From positions 1 through 32,000 of the forward strand of contig NC_022359.1 in the NCBI RefSeq assembly GCF_000354175.2: a DNA stretch of 32,000 nt. The letters are read 5' to 3'. Below are positions 8,975-15,863 of this stretch, piece after piece; positions within the stretch are counted from its first letter, which is position 1, and each line of letters starts with the position of its first letter. The DNA comes from Vibrio alginolyticus NBRC 15630 = ATCC 17749. Lineage in GTDB: Bacteria; Pseudomonadota; Gammaproteobacteria; Enterobacterales; Vibrionaceae. The notes under the pieces were generated by a model. That model searched no databases, was not told the DNA's origin, and saw nothing but the letters and a program-made list of their open reading frames with translations. A program made the translations under genes and the position numbers.

Positions 8975-9436
8975 TTACTTGCTCATTTGGATCAATGATC
9001 GACCAATCAACCACTCAAGCTCTTTGTCACCACCCGCACCAAACTGGCTTTCAACCATTTTGTATAAGCGGTCAATACCATTAGCAGCAAATTCTTGCGC
9101 ATTTTCAGCGGTGACAATGTGATGGAATAGCAGTCGTAAAATCGCGAGAAACTCAGCATCTTCCAGCGCTTTAATCCAACTTTGTGAAAATGCATTTAAT
9201 CCTTTATCAAACTCTAAGTGTTCAATAAACATTTTAAAGATACGGCCATCCAGTGCGGCGGTGAAGTCCGTTTTCTTAGGGAAGTGATGGCTAATACCGG
9301 TACGCGATATACCTGTCTGCTGGCTTAGCGTCGTGTACGACATTTTGTCGTAACCTAATCTGAGTAGCTGATCAATAACGGCATCCATGATCTTTTGGAT
9401 AGTGATTTCGGTATCTTCTTTACTACGCTTTGGCAT
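8975..9436 (-). CDS. TetR/AcrR-family transcriptional regulator
   Basis: The 153-aa product has the N-terminal TetR HTH (IMDAVIDQLLRLGYDKMSYTTLSQQTGISRTGISHHFPKK). Confidence 0.85.
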   Translation of the reverse strand: MPKRSKEDTEITIQKIMDAVIDQLLRLGYDKMSYTTLSQQTGISRTGISHHFPKKTDFTAALDGRIFKMFIEHLEFDKGLNAFSQSWIKALEDAEFLAILRLLFHHIVTAENAQEFAANGIDRLYKMVESQFGAGGDKELEWLIGRSLIQMSK

Positions 9437-9488
9437 ATTTTAAGCTCTTCTCTTTGTAAATCCATCTAACTCACTATTAAATGAGGCC

Positions 9489-9504
9489 AGAATGAAATCA
9501 TTCT
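9489..9504. promoter_or_regulatory. Perfect inverted repeat, candidate TetR operator
   Basis: AGAATGA-AA-TCATTCT has 7-bp perfect arms. It lies 53-68 nt upstream of the TetR start codon. The function is inferred only from position and symmetry. Confidence 0.3.
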
Positions 9505-10043
9505 TAGCATTATACCCGGCTCGCCGATGCGGTTCGATTAGCGAAAACCTAGAAATCAGGTTGCTAAGCGCTGCACTTGAAAGCGCTTTGGGTATATGTA
9601 TTGCGACTATTTAATATCATGTCGAGTTCCAAACCATAACGTCTTTACACTGCGTAATGTGTAATTTTCAGTTATGTTTTTGTCAATACATGCTACTCAA
9701 AATAAGGCGAAAAGTTAGTCTCATCAAAACCTTGCGCCAATTATTCATCGAAACTATTCAAAGACCAAGAATGATAATTATTAAAAATAATCAATCAAGA
9801 AATAGTCTTATAAATTAACCATTAGTTCAACTGGACTGAGCAAAATCTCGTCACTATGTTCGTTAATTGATTTTAAATGTTGATATATATCACATTAACG
9901 TTCTTGATGATTTAGTAATCCAATCTTTAACCCTTACTTAACAAGTGCCTATTCTGTTCCTTTTTTACGCAAAAGTCGTCATTTTTGTAGATACAGATCA
10001 AATACCTGATAGAATACCCTTAGTATTTACAAGAGGATTCGTT

Positions 10044-10342
10044 ATGAGTGTCGAATTAGAAAAAACCAAGTATGTGAGGCCTGCGGCTGTGCTGGCGAGA
10101 TTGGCTTTATCATCAAAGAAGGTGACGAAGTTGCCGACGTAACGGTTTTCGCACAGACAAAAACAGAGCTAGAGTCTGAACTACAAAAATACATCGAGCT
10201 CGCTAAATCAGTATGTGCTGATGTTGAATACAATGTTTCAGAAATAACCGAAGAATCGAACCAAGCGACGGCTCGATTCAAATTTGAAGTAAGTGCTGAA
10301 AAACTTATCTTTGAATTAAAAACTCGCTCACTCGCGCGTTAA
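10044..10342 (+). pseudogene. yfcZ: yfcZ/DUF406 (UPF0381) family gene interrupted by a frame change at an A6 run
   Basis: The ATG at 10044 has a good SD (AAGAGG, 7-nt spacing) and encodes MSVELEK. That frame stops at 10140-10142. The -1 frame from 10073 encodes CEACGCAGEIGFIIKEGDEVADVTVFAQTKTELESELQKYIELAKSVCADVEYNVSEITEESNQATARFKFEVSAEKLIFELKTRSLAR*, which is typical YfcZ, but has no start codon after the upstream stop at 10010-10012. The frames join at the A-run 10060-10065. Confidence 0.7.
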
Positions 10343-10344
10343 TG

Positions 10345-10378
10345 AAAAAAGCGAGCATGATGCTCGCTTTTTATTTTT
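10345..10378. terminator. Bidirectional rho-independent terminator
   Basis: The sequence is AAAAAAGCGAGCA-tga-TGCTCGCTTTTTATTTTT. The stem is 10351-10357 with 10361-10367. An A-run precedes it and a T-run follows. It lies between convergent yfcZ and the small secreted-protein gene. Confidence 0.8.
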
Positions 10379-10430
10379 CCAATCTCTTAATCTTAAACCG
10401 CTCTAAATGAAACAGACAACTTCGGCGCGT

Positions 10431-10703
10431 TTATTTATCTTTTTTGAACACGACCCACTTTAACGAGCCATTGGTTTCAAAATCGTTCTCAGCGGTACAC
10501 ATCAGTAATACGCCTTCAACATTAATCACGGCCCCTGTGGTGTAGGCTTTATCATCGTAGTAACAGATACGCTGACCTACCTTACCGTCAGCAACTATTA
10601 GCGCTTTGTTTTCTGGTGTACTGTATGATTTAGCAAAAACGGAACCCGACAGCAGTACTGCAAAAACACCAGCGGTAAAAATAGATACACTTTTTAACTT
10701 CAT
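10431..10703 (-). CDS. Small secreted protein (tentatively DUF1496-like)
   Basis: The 90-aa product starts at MKLKSVSIFTAGVFAVLLSGSVFA (Sec signal) with a strong SD (GAGGAG, 6-nt spacing). The mature part has a conserved-looking Cys pair (RICYYDDKAY...LLMC). The family name is from memory only. Confidence 0.65.
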   Translation of the reverse strand: MKLKSVSIFTAGVFAVLLSGSVFAKSYSTPENKALIVADGKVGQRICYYDDKAYTTGAVINVEGVLLMCTAENDFETNGSLKWVVFKKDK

Positions 10704-11021
10704 GAAAATCTCCTCAAACCTCAATAATACTAACAAGGATCCTTGTGAAGTTCTTGGAAGAATCTCATATTATTCAAATATCTACTGATATTTTTCTCAC
10801 CTCTACACTTGGGTCTGCTTCACATTCAATCATTTAATTTATCTCATTTTAGTAAGCTTGAAGTTACTTAGCTCAGTAAAGAAGCGCACACTTTTAACGT
10901 GTATCTCTAATTTGAATATTTAAGTTATGAATCAAAAACTGTGAGCAAAAAATGCATAATAGGTTTATTTAAGTATAAGATAAGCACCTGTTGATCTCGG
11001 TATTTAACTAACTCTTTGACT

Positions 11022-11621
11022 ATGCGTTTTGTTTCCCTATGCCTTACTTCAATCCTACTCTGCTCGTCTCCTTTGGCATATGAGCTAGATTACTATTCTA
11101 AGTTTGGTCACATCGATAATTACGGCAATCTTGATCTTAGAAACAAGCCTTACACCCAACTACCCTCTGGCCTAGTGGTAAAGGGCAACTTAAACATCTC
11201 ACAAACCCCTATCAAAACCTTGCCTAAAGGGCTTGATGTTGAAGGCAGTCTGGAAGCAACTAACAGCGCACTCAAAGTTATTCGCTCAGGAACAAAGATA
11301 AAAGGCTATGCAAACCTACTAGGTAGTAAGATCGAAAACTGGCCTAAAGGCATCAAACTAGGCGGTTACCTAAATCTGACAGATACACCGTTAAAAGCGC
11401 TTCCAGCTAAACTTCGAGTAAAAGGTGATCTAAGTGTCATTCGCACTCCCATTTCTGAACTTCCTGAAGGATTGGTGGTTGATGGTAATCTTTATATTGG
11501 AGGATCAGCGCTGAAAGTATTTCCAGACACAATGACGGTGAAAGGGAATATCTATTTAGGTGGTAACAGGATCACCAAATGGCCTAGCAATTTAACCCTT
11601 GGTGGCGCCGTCGCACCTTAA
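11022..11621 (+). CDS. Secreted protein made of 20-residue LRR-like tandem repeats
   Basis: The ATG at 11022 sits just inside the TTG-initiated ORF from the track. The signal peptide reads MRFVSLCLTSILLCSSPLA. Seven consecutive 20-aa units follow, of the form (L/W/F)PxGLxVxGxLxLxxTxIxx. Confidence 0.75.
   Translation: MRFVSLCLTSILLCSSPLAYELDYYSKFGHIDNYGNLDLRNKPYTQLPSGLVVKGNLNISQTPIKTLPKGLDVEGSLEATNSALKVIRSGTKIKGYANLLGSKIENWPKGIKLGGYLNLTDTPLKALPAKLRVKGDLSVIRTPISELPEGLVVDGNLYIGGSALKVFPDTMTVKGNIYLGGNRITKWPSNLTLGGAVAP
11160..11579 (+). repeat. Seven in-frame 60-nt (20-aa) repeat units inside the LRR-like CDS
   Basis: The units are LPSGLVVKGNLNISQTPIKT / LPKGLDVEGSLEATNSALKV / IRSGTKIKGYANLLGSKIEN / WPKGIKLGGYLNLTDTPLKA / LPAKLRVKGDLSVIRTPISE / LPEGLVVDGNLYIGGSALKV / FPDTMTVKGNIYLGGNRITK. 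The periodicity is at the protein level. The DNA copies are diverged. Confidence 0.8.
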
Positions 11622-11635
11622 AGAGCAGATAAACA

Positions 11636-11659
11636 AAAGCCCCGGCAGACCGAGGCTTT
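11636..11659. terminator. Possible terminator hairpin between convergent genes
   Basis: AAAGCCCCGG-caga-CCGAGGCTTT forms a 10-bp stem with one mismatch. The T-tail is poor. Confidence 0.4.
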
Positions 11660-11695
11660 AAGGCATTCTGAATCAACAGAGTTCAGTGACGAAAG

Positions 11696-12805
11696 TTACT
11701 CTTGGTTATTCACAGGATTGGCATAGCTCGCCACCAAATAAGGTCTTGCGCCTTCAGGTAGCTGATCCAACTTATCCGCGAGATGACGCTTAACTGCTTC
11801 CGTAATGATGCTCGAATCTTCATGCCCAGCAGCTAACAAGTTGATTGGGTACAACTTGTAGTTGTTGTGAATTTGGCGGTCGATTTCACCAGCAAGAGCT
11901 TCCGGCGTTTCAAACTCTTGCTCAATCACATCACCAAACGCAACATGTACACGGCCTTTATAGCCAACGATACCTTGAATGATGCTTTCGATATCTTCAA
12001 ATTCGCCTTTTTCATAGCGGCCATTTTCTGCTTTTTCGTACAGCTCTTTTGCTTTGGCAATGTCACATGGATCATTTTCATAGGCAATCGAGACAGGAAC
12101 GATTTTCAGAGAACGCGTGTACTCACCAAAGCTGATCTTTTGTTTACGACCTTCAACATGGAACATTTTTAAAATCGCAGGATCAGTAAAGTCGTTTCCA
12201 TCTTTAGCACGGCCTTCCTTTTGGGCAATCCAAATTGAATTGCCAGTATCAAGCGAATGTTTGATATAGCTTGACAGTTGTCCCAATGCTTTCATCATTT
12301 CTCTAGGCGCTTTAGCAGAGCGCTTAACGATGAAGCTCTTATTGAGTCGCATCAATTCTGTCGCACATGGCTTCTTCAGCAGGTTATCGCCAATCGCTAT
12401 ACGAACTGTACGGTGCCCACTTTGGTACAAGCCATAATTTACGAGCGCAGGGTCCATCGCAATATCACGGTGGTTAGAAACGAATAGGTATGACGTGTTT
12501 TTATCCAGCTTATCCAAACCAGAAAAAGTGACGCCATCCGTTGTCTTATTCAATGTATCTTTCAGATATTTCTTCACTTCAATCTGAATTGCTTCGACAG
12601 AATCAAGCTTGCTCCACTTGGCTTTCAGGTAGATGCGCAGGATCGGGCTCATTAGCGTTTTGAACCACGCTGCTTTATTAGCAAAGCGATGTTCTAGGAT
12701 AGCAGTGATAAATTCATCATCTTGGATTAGACGATCCAGCGCTGCTGGAATTTCTTCGTCGTTGTAAGGACGAATTTCAATATAAGGATCGGTATTGGCT
12801 GTCAT
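11696..12805 (-). CDS. Glycerolipid acyltransferase family protein (PlsC-like)
   Basis: The 369-aa product has the acyltransferase block FVSNHRDIAMDP and a downstream IAIGDNLL...KSFIVKRS block typical of PF01553-type enzymes. Confidence 0.75.
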   Translation of the reverse strand: MTANTDPYIEIRPYNDEEIPAALDRLIQDDEFITAILEHRFANKAAWFKTLMSPILRIYLKAKWSKLDSVEAIQIEVKKYLKDTLNKTTDGVTFSGLDKLDKNTSYLFVSNHRDIAMDPALVNYGLYQSGHRTVRIAIGDNLLKKPCATELMRLNKSFIVKRSAKAPREMMKALGQLSSYIKHSLDTGNSIWIAQKEGRAKDGNDFTDPAILKMFHVEGRKQKISFGEYTRSLKIVPVSIAYENDPCDIAKAKELYEKAENGRYEKGEFEDIESIIQGIVGYKGRVHVAFGDVIEQEFETPEALAGEIDRQIHNNYKLYPINLLAAGHEDSSIITEAVKRHLADKLDQLPEGARPYLVASYANPVNNQE

Positions 12806-12996
12806 TGTTCATTACATATCAAAAAAAGCTGGCACATTTTACGCATAGTTTTGCTGACAAGCAGCATTTCAACCCATACTTTTAACATGGTCATACCAGT
12901 TAAGCCACCATTTATCATGCTAAAAAATTCTCTCAGCAGGTTGGAATCGTATGGGTTTAACGTTACCCTTAGCGCCAAAAAACACTGGTACTCATA

Positions 12997-13605
12997 ATGA
13001 ACTACGCAATTGAATTTCACGACGCTAAATACCCCTTTCTTGATGTAGCTGCGCGTAAAAAAGCACTGAAGCACAGTCTATTGTCTGTCATCGAAGGGTT
13101 AGCCGTCATTAAATTGGGTAAGCAGGAGTATGCCATTGAACCAGGCCAATATTTTTGGATTCCTCAAGGATGTTTGAGCTCCCTCACCTTTTTACCTAAT
13201 TCTCGTGTATATCGTTGTGATTTTTCTGTGCGTTTAAATGACGACTTCTCACAACAGGCGGGCTTTGTGAAGCCTTCACCGCTACTAAAAGCGCTCGTCG
13301 AGAAGCTAGCAACAACTGCCGAACGCTCGGATCTGCAAACCGATCTACTGACAGTAGTAAGACATGAAGTATTGACGCTGTCTCCTAAACTAGCGCACTC
13401 AACGTTAACGAGAACCATCAATCAATGGACTCCTGGCTGTGACATGAATATTTCTAAAGAGCTTTGCTTGGTACTAACACTACGTGAAGCAAGAAAAATG
13501 AAACTGTCGGGGAAGAAGGAAGAGCAAATTGTTGACTCTCTTTTTGCTGGTAACACCGAAGAATATGAACAGCTTTGCTTTTTAGTCTTTGGAGAAGCGC
13601 TATAA
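12997..13605 (+). CDS. AraC-like protein with cupin-type N-domain and only one recognisable HTH half
   Basis: The 202-aa product has an N-terminal segment with the same layout as the AraC regulator at 31105-31893 (..PGQYFWIPQGCL..; ..VKPSPLLKALVEKL..). The C-terminus resembles only the second AraC HTH (LTLREARKMKLSGKKEEQIVDSLFAGNTEEYEQLCFLVFG). Confidence 0.55.
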   Translation: MNYAIEFHDAKYPFLDVAARKKALKHSLLSVIEGLAVIKLGKQEYAIEPGQYFWIPQGCLSSLTFLPNSRVYRCDFSVRLNDDFSQQAGFVKPSPLLKALVEKLATTAERSDLQTDLLTVVRHEVLTLSPKLAHSTLTRTINQWTPGCDMNISKELCLVLTLREARKMKLSGKKEEQIVDSLFAGNTEEYEQLCFLVFGEAL

Positions 13606-13672
13606 CTTGCTCTTTAACAAGCTACGTTTTCAGCATTACGTAGAGTTACGGATACAGAAAGTAGATTAAAAC

Positions 13673-13708
13673 AAAAAGGGCGTACATTGATAATGTACGC
13701 CCTTTTTT
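13673..13708. terminator. Bidirectional rho-independent terminator
   Basis: The sequence is AAAAAGGGCGTACATT-gata-AATGTACGCCCTTTTTT, between convergent genes. Confidence 0.85.
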
Positions 13709-13724
13709 CATTTGCTTGAGATGC

Positions 13725-14207
13725 CTAGAAAGGTACTTCTATCTGCATCATCCAGTCAGCGTCATAATATTCGTGCCAACGATAATCAAACCGCATTCTT
13801 GGCTGTCCGTCGGATTTATCACCAAAACCAACGCTGAACATCAACCCGTGACTACGAAGCCACTCTTCTGTATCCATTTTACTCTCTTCGTCTCGAAGCT
13901 CTTCCGGCATCCAAAAACCAAGACCAAAGTAATTCTTTTCTAAGTTTTGAGTTAGAAGTGGGGTGTCTTCCGGCTTAATCGCCCACTCCTCCCAATAGTT
14001 TTCTGTTGGTCCTTCAAGCTTCGCTTCCGCTGCATACCAAATCAATGCTTCAGTACTTAACACGCCGATGGAATCTAAAATTTCTTCACAGATTGGAAGC
14101 GTGTTATCTTCAAACACCACGGAACGATCAGAAAAATAGTTACACGCGGAATGAGCTTGTGTCACCACAAGCAGCGCACATGCACTAAATAAAACTACTC
14201 TGACCAT
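13725..14207 (-). CDS. Hypothetical secreted protein (acidic, Trp-rich)
   Basis: The 160-aa ORF has a Sec signal (MVRVVLFSACALLVVTQAHS/A). I recognise no family motif. The C-terminus reads ...MMQIEVPF. Confidence 0.6.
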   Translation of the reverse strand: MVRVVLFSACALLVVTQAHSACNYFSDRSVVFEDNTLPICEEILDSIGVLSTEALIWYAAEAKLEGPTENYWEEWAIKPEDTPLLTQNLEKNYFGLGFWMPEELRDEESKMDTEEWLRSHGLMFSVGFGDKSDGQPRMRFDYRWHEYYDADWMMQIEVPF

Positions 14208-14221
14208 GAAAATCTGACCTC

Positions 14222-14755
14222 TCAGTTCCCAGACAATGTTTCTCTGTATAAGCCTTTACTAAGTAATAAATCACGTACGGAAGGTGTTGTATAGGCGCCG
14301 ATCTCTTCACCCTCGGCCAATGCTTTGCGAATATCTGTGCTTCTGACTTTTACTTTTTCAGGACATGCCATAACAGTCCAACGTTCCGTAATCTCTTCAG
14401 CTCTACTAAATTTAGCAAATTTGAAGAAATTATCAGGACCAATGACAAAAGTTATATCGGCAGTTGGGTAAATTTCTTGAATTTTTTCTAACAACGCATA
14501 GGTCGTCACACTTTGTCCAGGTTGGTATAAAGCTTGCTCTGCATCAGAACGCTGAACATTAGAAAGCCCCATATCCTTGATGAACGCATCAACCATTTTG
14601 CACCGAGTTGGGTAATCAAGCATGTTCTTGCCCCAAGCGTGTGCAATGCTTGGCTCAAGTAGCACAAGATCAAAGTGGCTCAATGACTCAATAACACTTT
14701 TATGCCCTAAACTAGGTGGGTTAAATGCACTACCAAAAATGGCGATTTTTTTCAT
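14222..14755 (-). CDS. Nicotinate/nicotinamide mononucleotide adenylyltransferase-like protein (short NadD/NMNAT type)
   Basis: The 177-aa product has the nucleotidyltransferase motif GSAFNPPSLGH (the (H/T)xGH class) at the N-terminus and a C-terminal S-T-x-I-R motif (VRSTDIRKAL). It is divergent from nadE. Confidence 0.75.
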   Translation of the reverse strand: MKKIAIFGSAFNPPSLGHKSVIESLSHFDLVLLEPSIAHAWGKNMLDYPTRCKMVDAFIKDMGLSNVQRSDAEQALYQPGQSVTTYALLEKIQEIYPTADITFVIGPDNFFKFAKFSRAEEITERWTVMACPEKVKVRSTDIRKALAEGEEIGAYTTPSVRDLLLSKGLYRETLSGN

Positions 14756-14933
14756 ATCCGGTGATTACCTGGTTGAAGAGAGTTTTCTAATCTGATGAAT
14801 TCGGTATGATACTACTAATCTTTACAGCTTTTGACCCTAAAGTCGCGTTTAATGAGCCTCAACTGTATGGTTTATCACCATTTGAGCAAATGTGCTTTAG
14901 AGTCTGAAATATTTGCAGGAAAAGGAACCCTAA

Positions 14934-15764
14934 ATGGAACAATCCATCCGTGACGAAATGCGCGTACTCCCTTCAATTGATCCGCATTTTGAAATTGAAC
15001 GCCGTGTCGCTTTTATTAAGCGTAAATTGCAAGAAGCGGGCTGTAAGTCTCTTGTTCTTGGCATCAGCGGTGGCGTTGACTCAACGACATGCGGTCGTTT
15101 AGCTCAGTTGGCTGTAGACCAACTGAACGAAGAAGCGGGCAACAACAGCTACCAATTTATCGCAGTTCGCCTGCCTTATGGGGAGCAAAAAGATGAAGAT
15201 GAGGCTCAGCTCGCTCTGTCTTTTATCCAGCCAACCCATTCTGTATCGGTAAACATCAAACCAGGTGTTGATGGGCTTCATTCGGCTTCTCACGTTGCAT
15301 TAGAAGGTACAGGTCTTTTACCAACTGATGCAGCAAAAGTCGACTTCGTAAAAGGCAATGTAAAAGCGCGTGCTCGCATGGTTGCTCAATACGAGATCGC
15401 GGGCTACGTAGGCGGCCTTGTTCTTGGTACTGATCACTCAGCAGAAAACATCACTGGTTTCTACACTAAATTTGGTGATGGCGCTTGTGACATGGCACCA
15501 TTGTTCGGATTAAGTAAACGCCAAGTTCGTGAAGTGGCTGCTACATTGGGTGCACCTGAGCAACTAGTGAAGAAAGTGCCAACAGCAGACTTAGAAGAGC
15601 TTGCTCCACAGAAAGCAGACGAAGATGCCCTAAGCCTAACTTACGAGCAAATCGACGACTTCTTAGAGGGCAAACCTGTTCCACAGCAAGTGAGTGACCG
15701 TCTGGTAGCGATTTACAAAGCAACGCAGCACAAACGCCAGCCAATCCCGACGATTTACGACTAA
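14934..15764 (+). CDS. nadE: NH3-dependent NAD+ synthetase
   Basis: The 276-aa product has the PP-loop GISGGVDS. Its length and its C-terminal KRQPIPT-type tail fit NadE. Confidence 0.92.
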   Translation: MEQSIRDEMRVLPSIDPHFEIERRVAFIKRKLQEAGCKSLVLGISGGVDSTTCGRLAQLAVDQLNEEAGNNSYQFIAVRLPYGEQKDEDEAQLALSFIQPTHSVSVNIKPGVDGLHSASHVALEGTGLLPTDAAKVDFVKGNVKARARMVAQYEIAGYVGGLVLGTDHSAENITGFYTKFGDGACDMAPLFGLSKRQVREVAATLGAPEQLVKKVPTADLEELAPQKADEDALSLTYEQIDDFLEGKPVPQQVSDRLVAIYKATQHKRQPIPTIYD

Positions 15765-15792
15765 GCGATATTTTCAGCTCTCTTTAAAACTC

Positions 15793-15822
15793 AAAACGCT
15801 GCTAAAAATAGCAGCGTTTTTT
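15793..15822. terminator. Bidirectional rho-independent terminator
   Basis: The sequence is AAAACGCTGCTA-aaaa-TAGCAGCGTTTTTT, between convergent nadE and the MOSC gene. Confidence 0.85.
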
Positions 15823-15863
15823 GTCTAGGAACAGTTTTTGTCGAAGGACAAAAGGGCTCTCGC

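Noticed and set aside
8919-9122. A 67-aa plus-strand ORF starting inside the hutD terminator.
   Set aside because: It begins within the terminator loop and runs antisense to the TetR gene. It is spurious.
9492-9614. A 40-codon ORF (MKSFLALYPARRCGS...) with a GAGG 5 nt upstream.
   Set aside because: It has no recognisable family and overlaps the putative TetR operator and promoter. It cannot be supported without conservation or expression data.
9768-9797. A Fur-box-like AT-rich palindrome (GATAATTATTAAAAATAATC).
   Set aside because: It matches the Fur consensus at only about 12/19 by hand count. In an AT-rich tract with no adjacent iron gene that is not distinguishable from chance.
9945-10142. 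A 65-aa GTG-initiated ORF (MPILFLFYAKVV...).
   Set aside because: Its 5' part is AT-rich intergenic sequence. Its 3' part is the out-of-frame read of the yfcZ gene. It is better explained by the frameshifted yfcZ.
12802-13074. A 90-aa minus-strand ORF spanning the acyltransferase / AraC-like intergenic region.
   Set aside because: It overlaps the start of the plus-strand CDS and the promoter region. Its composition is atypical and it has no motif.
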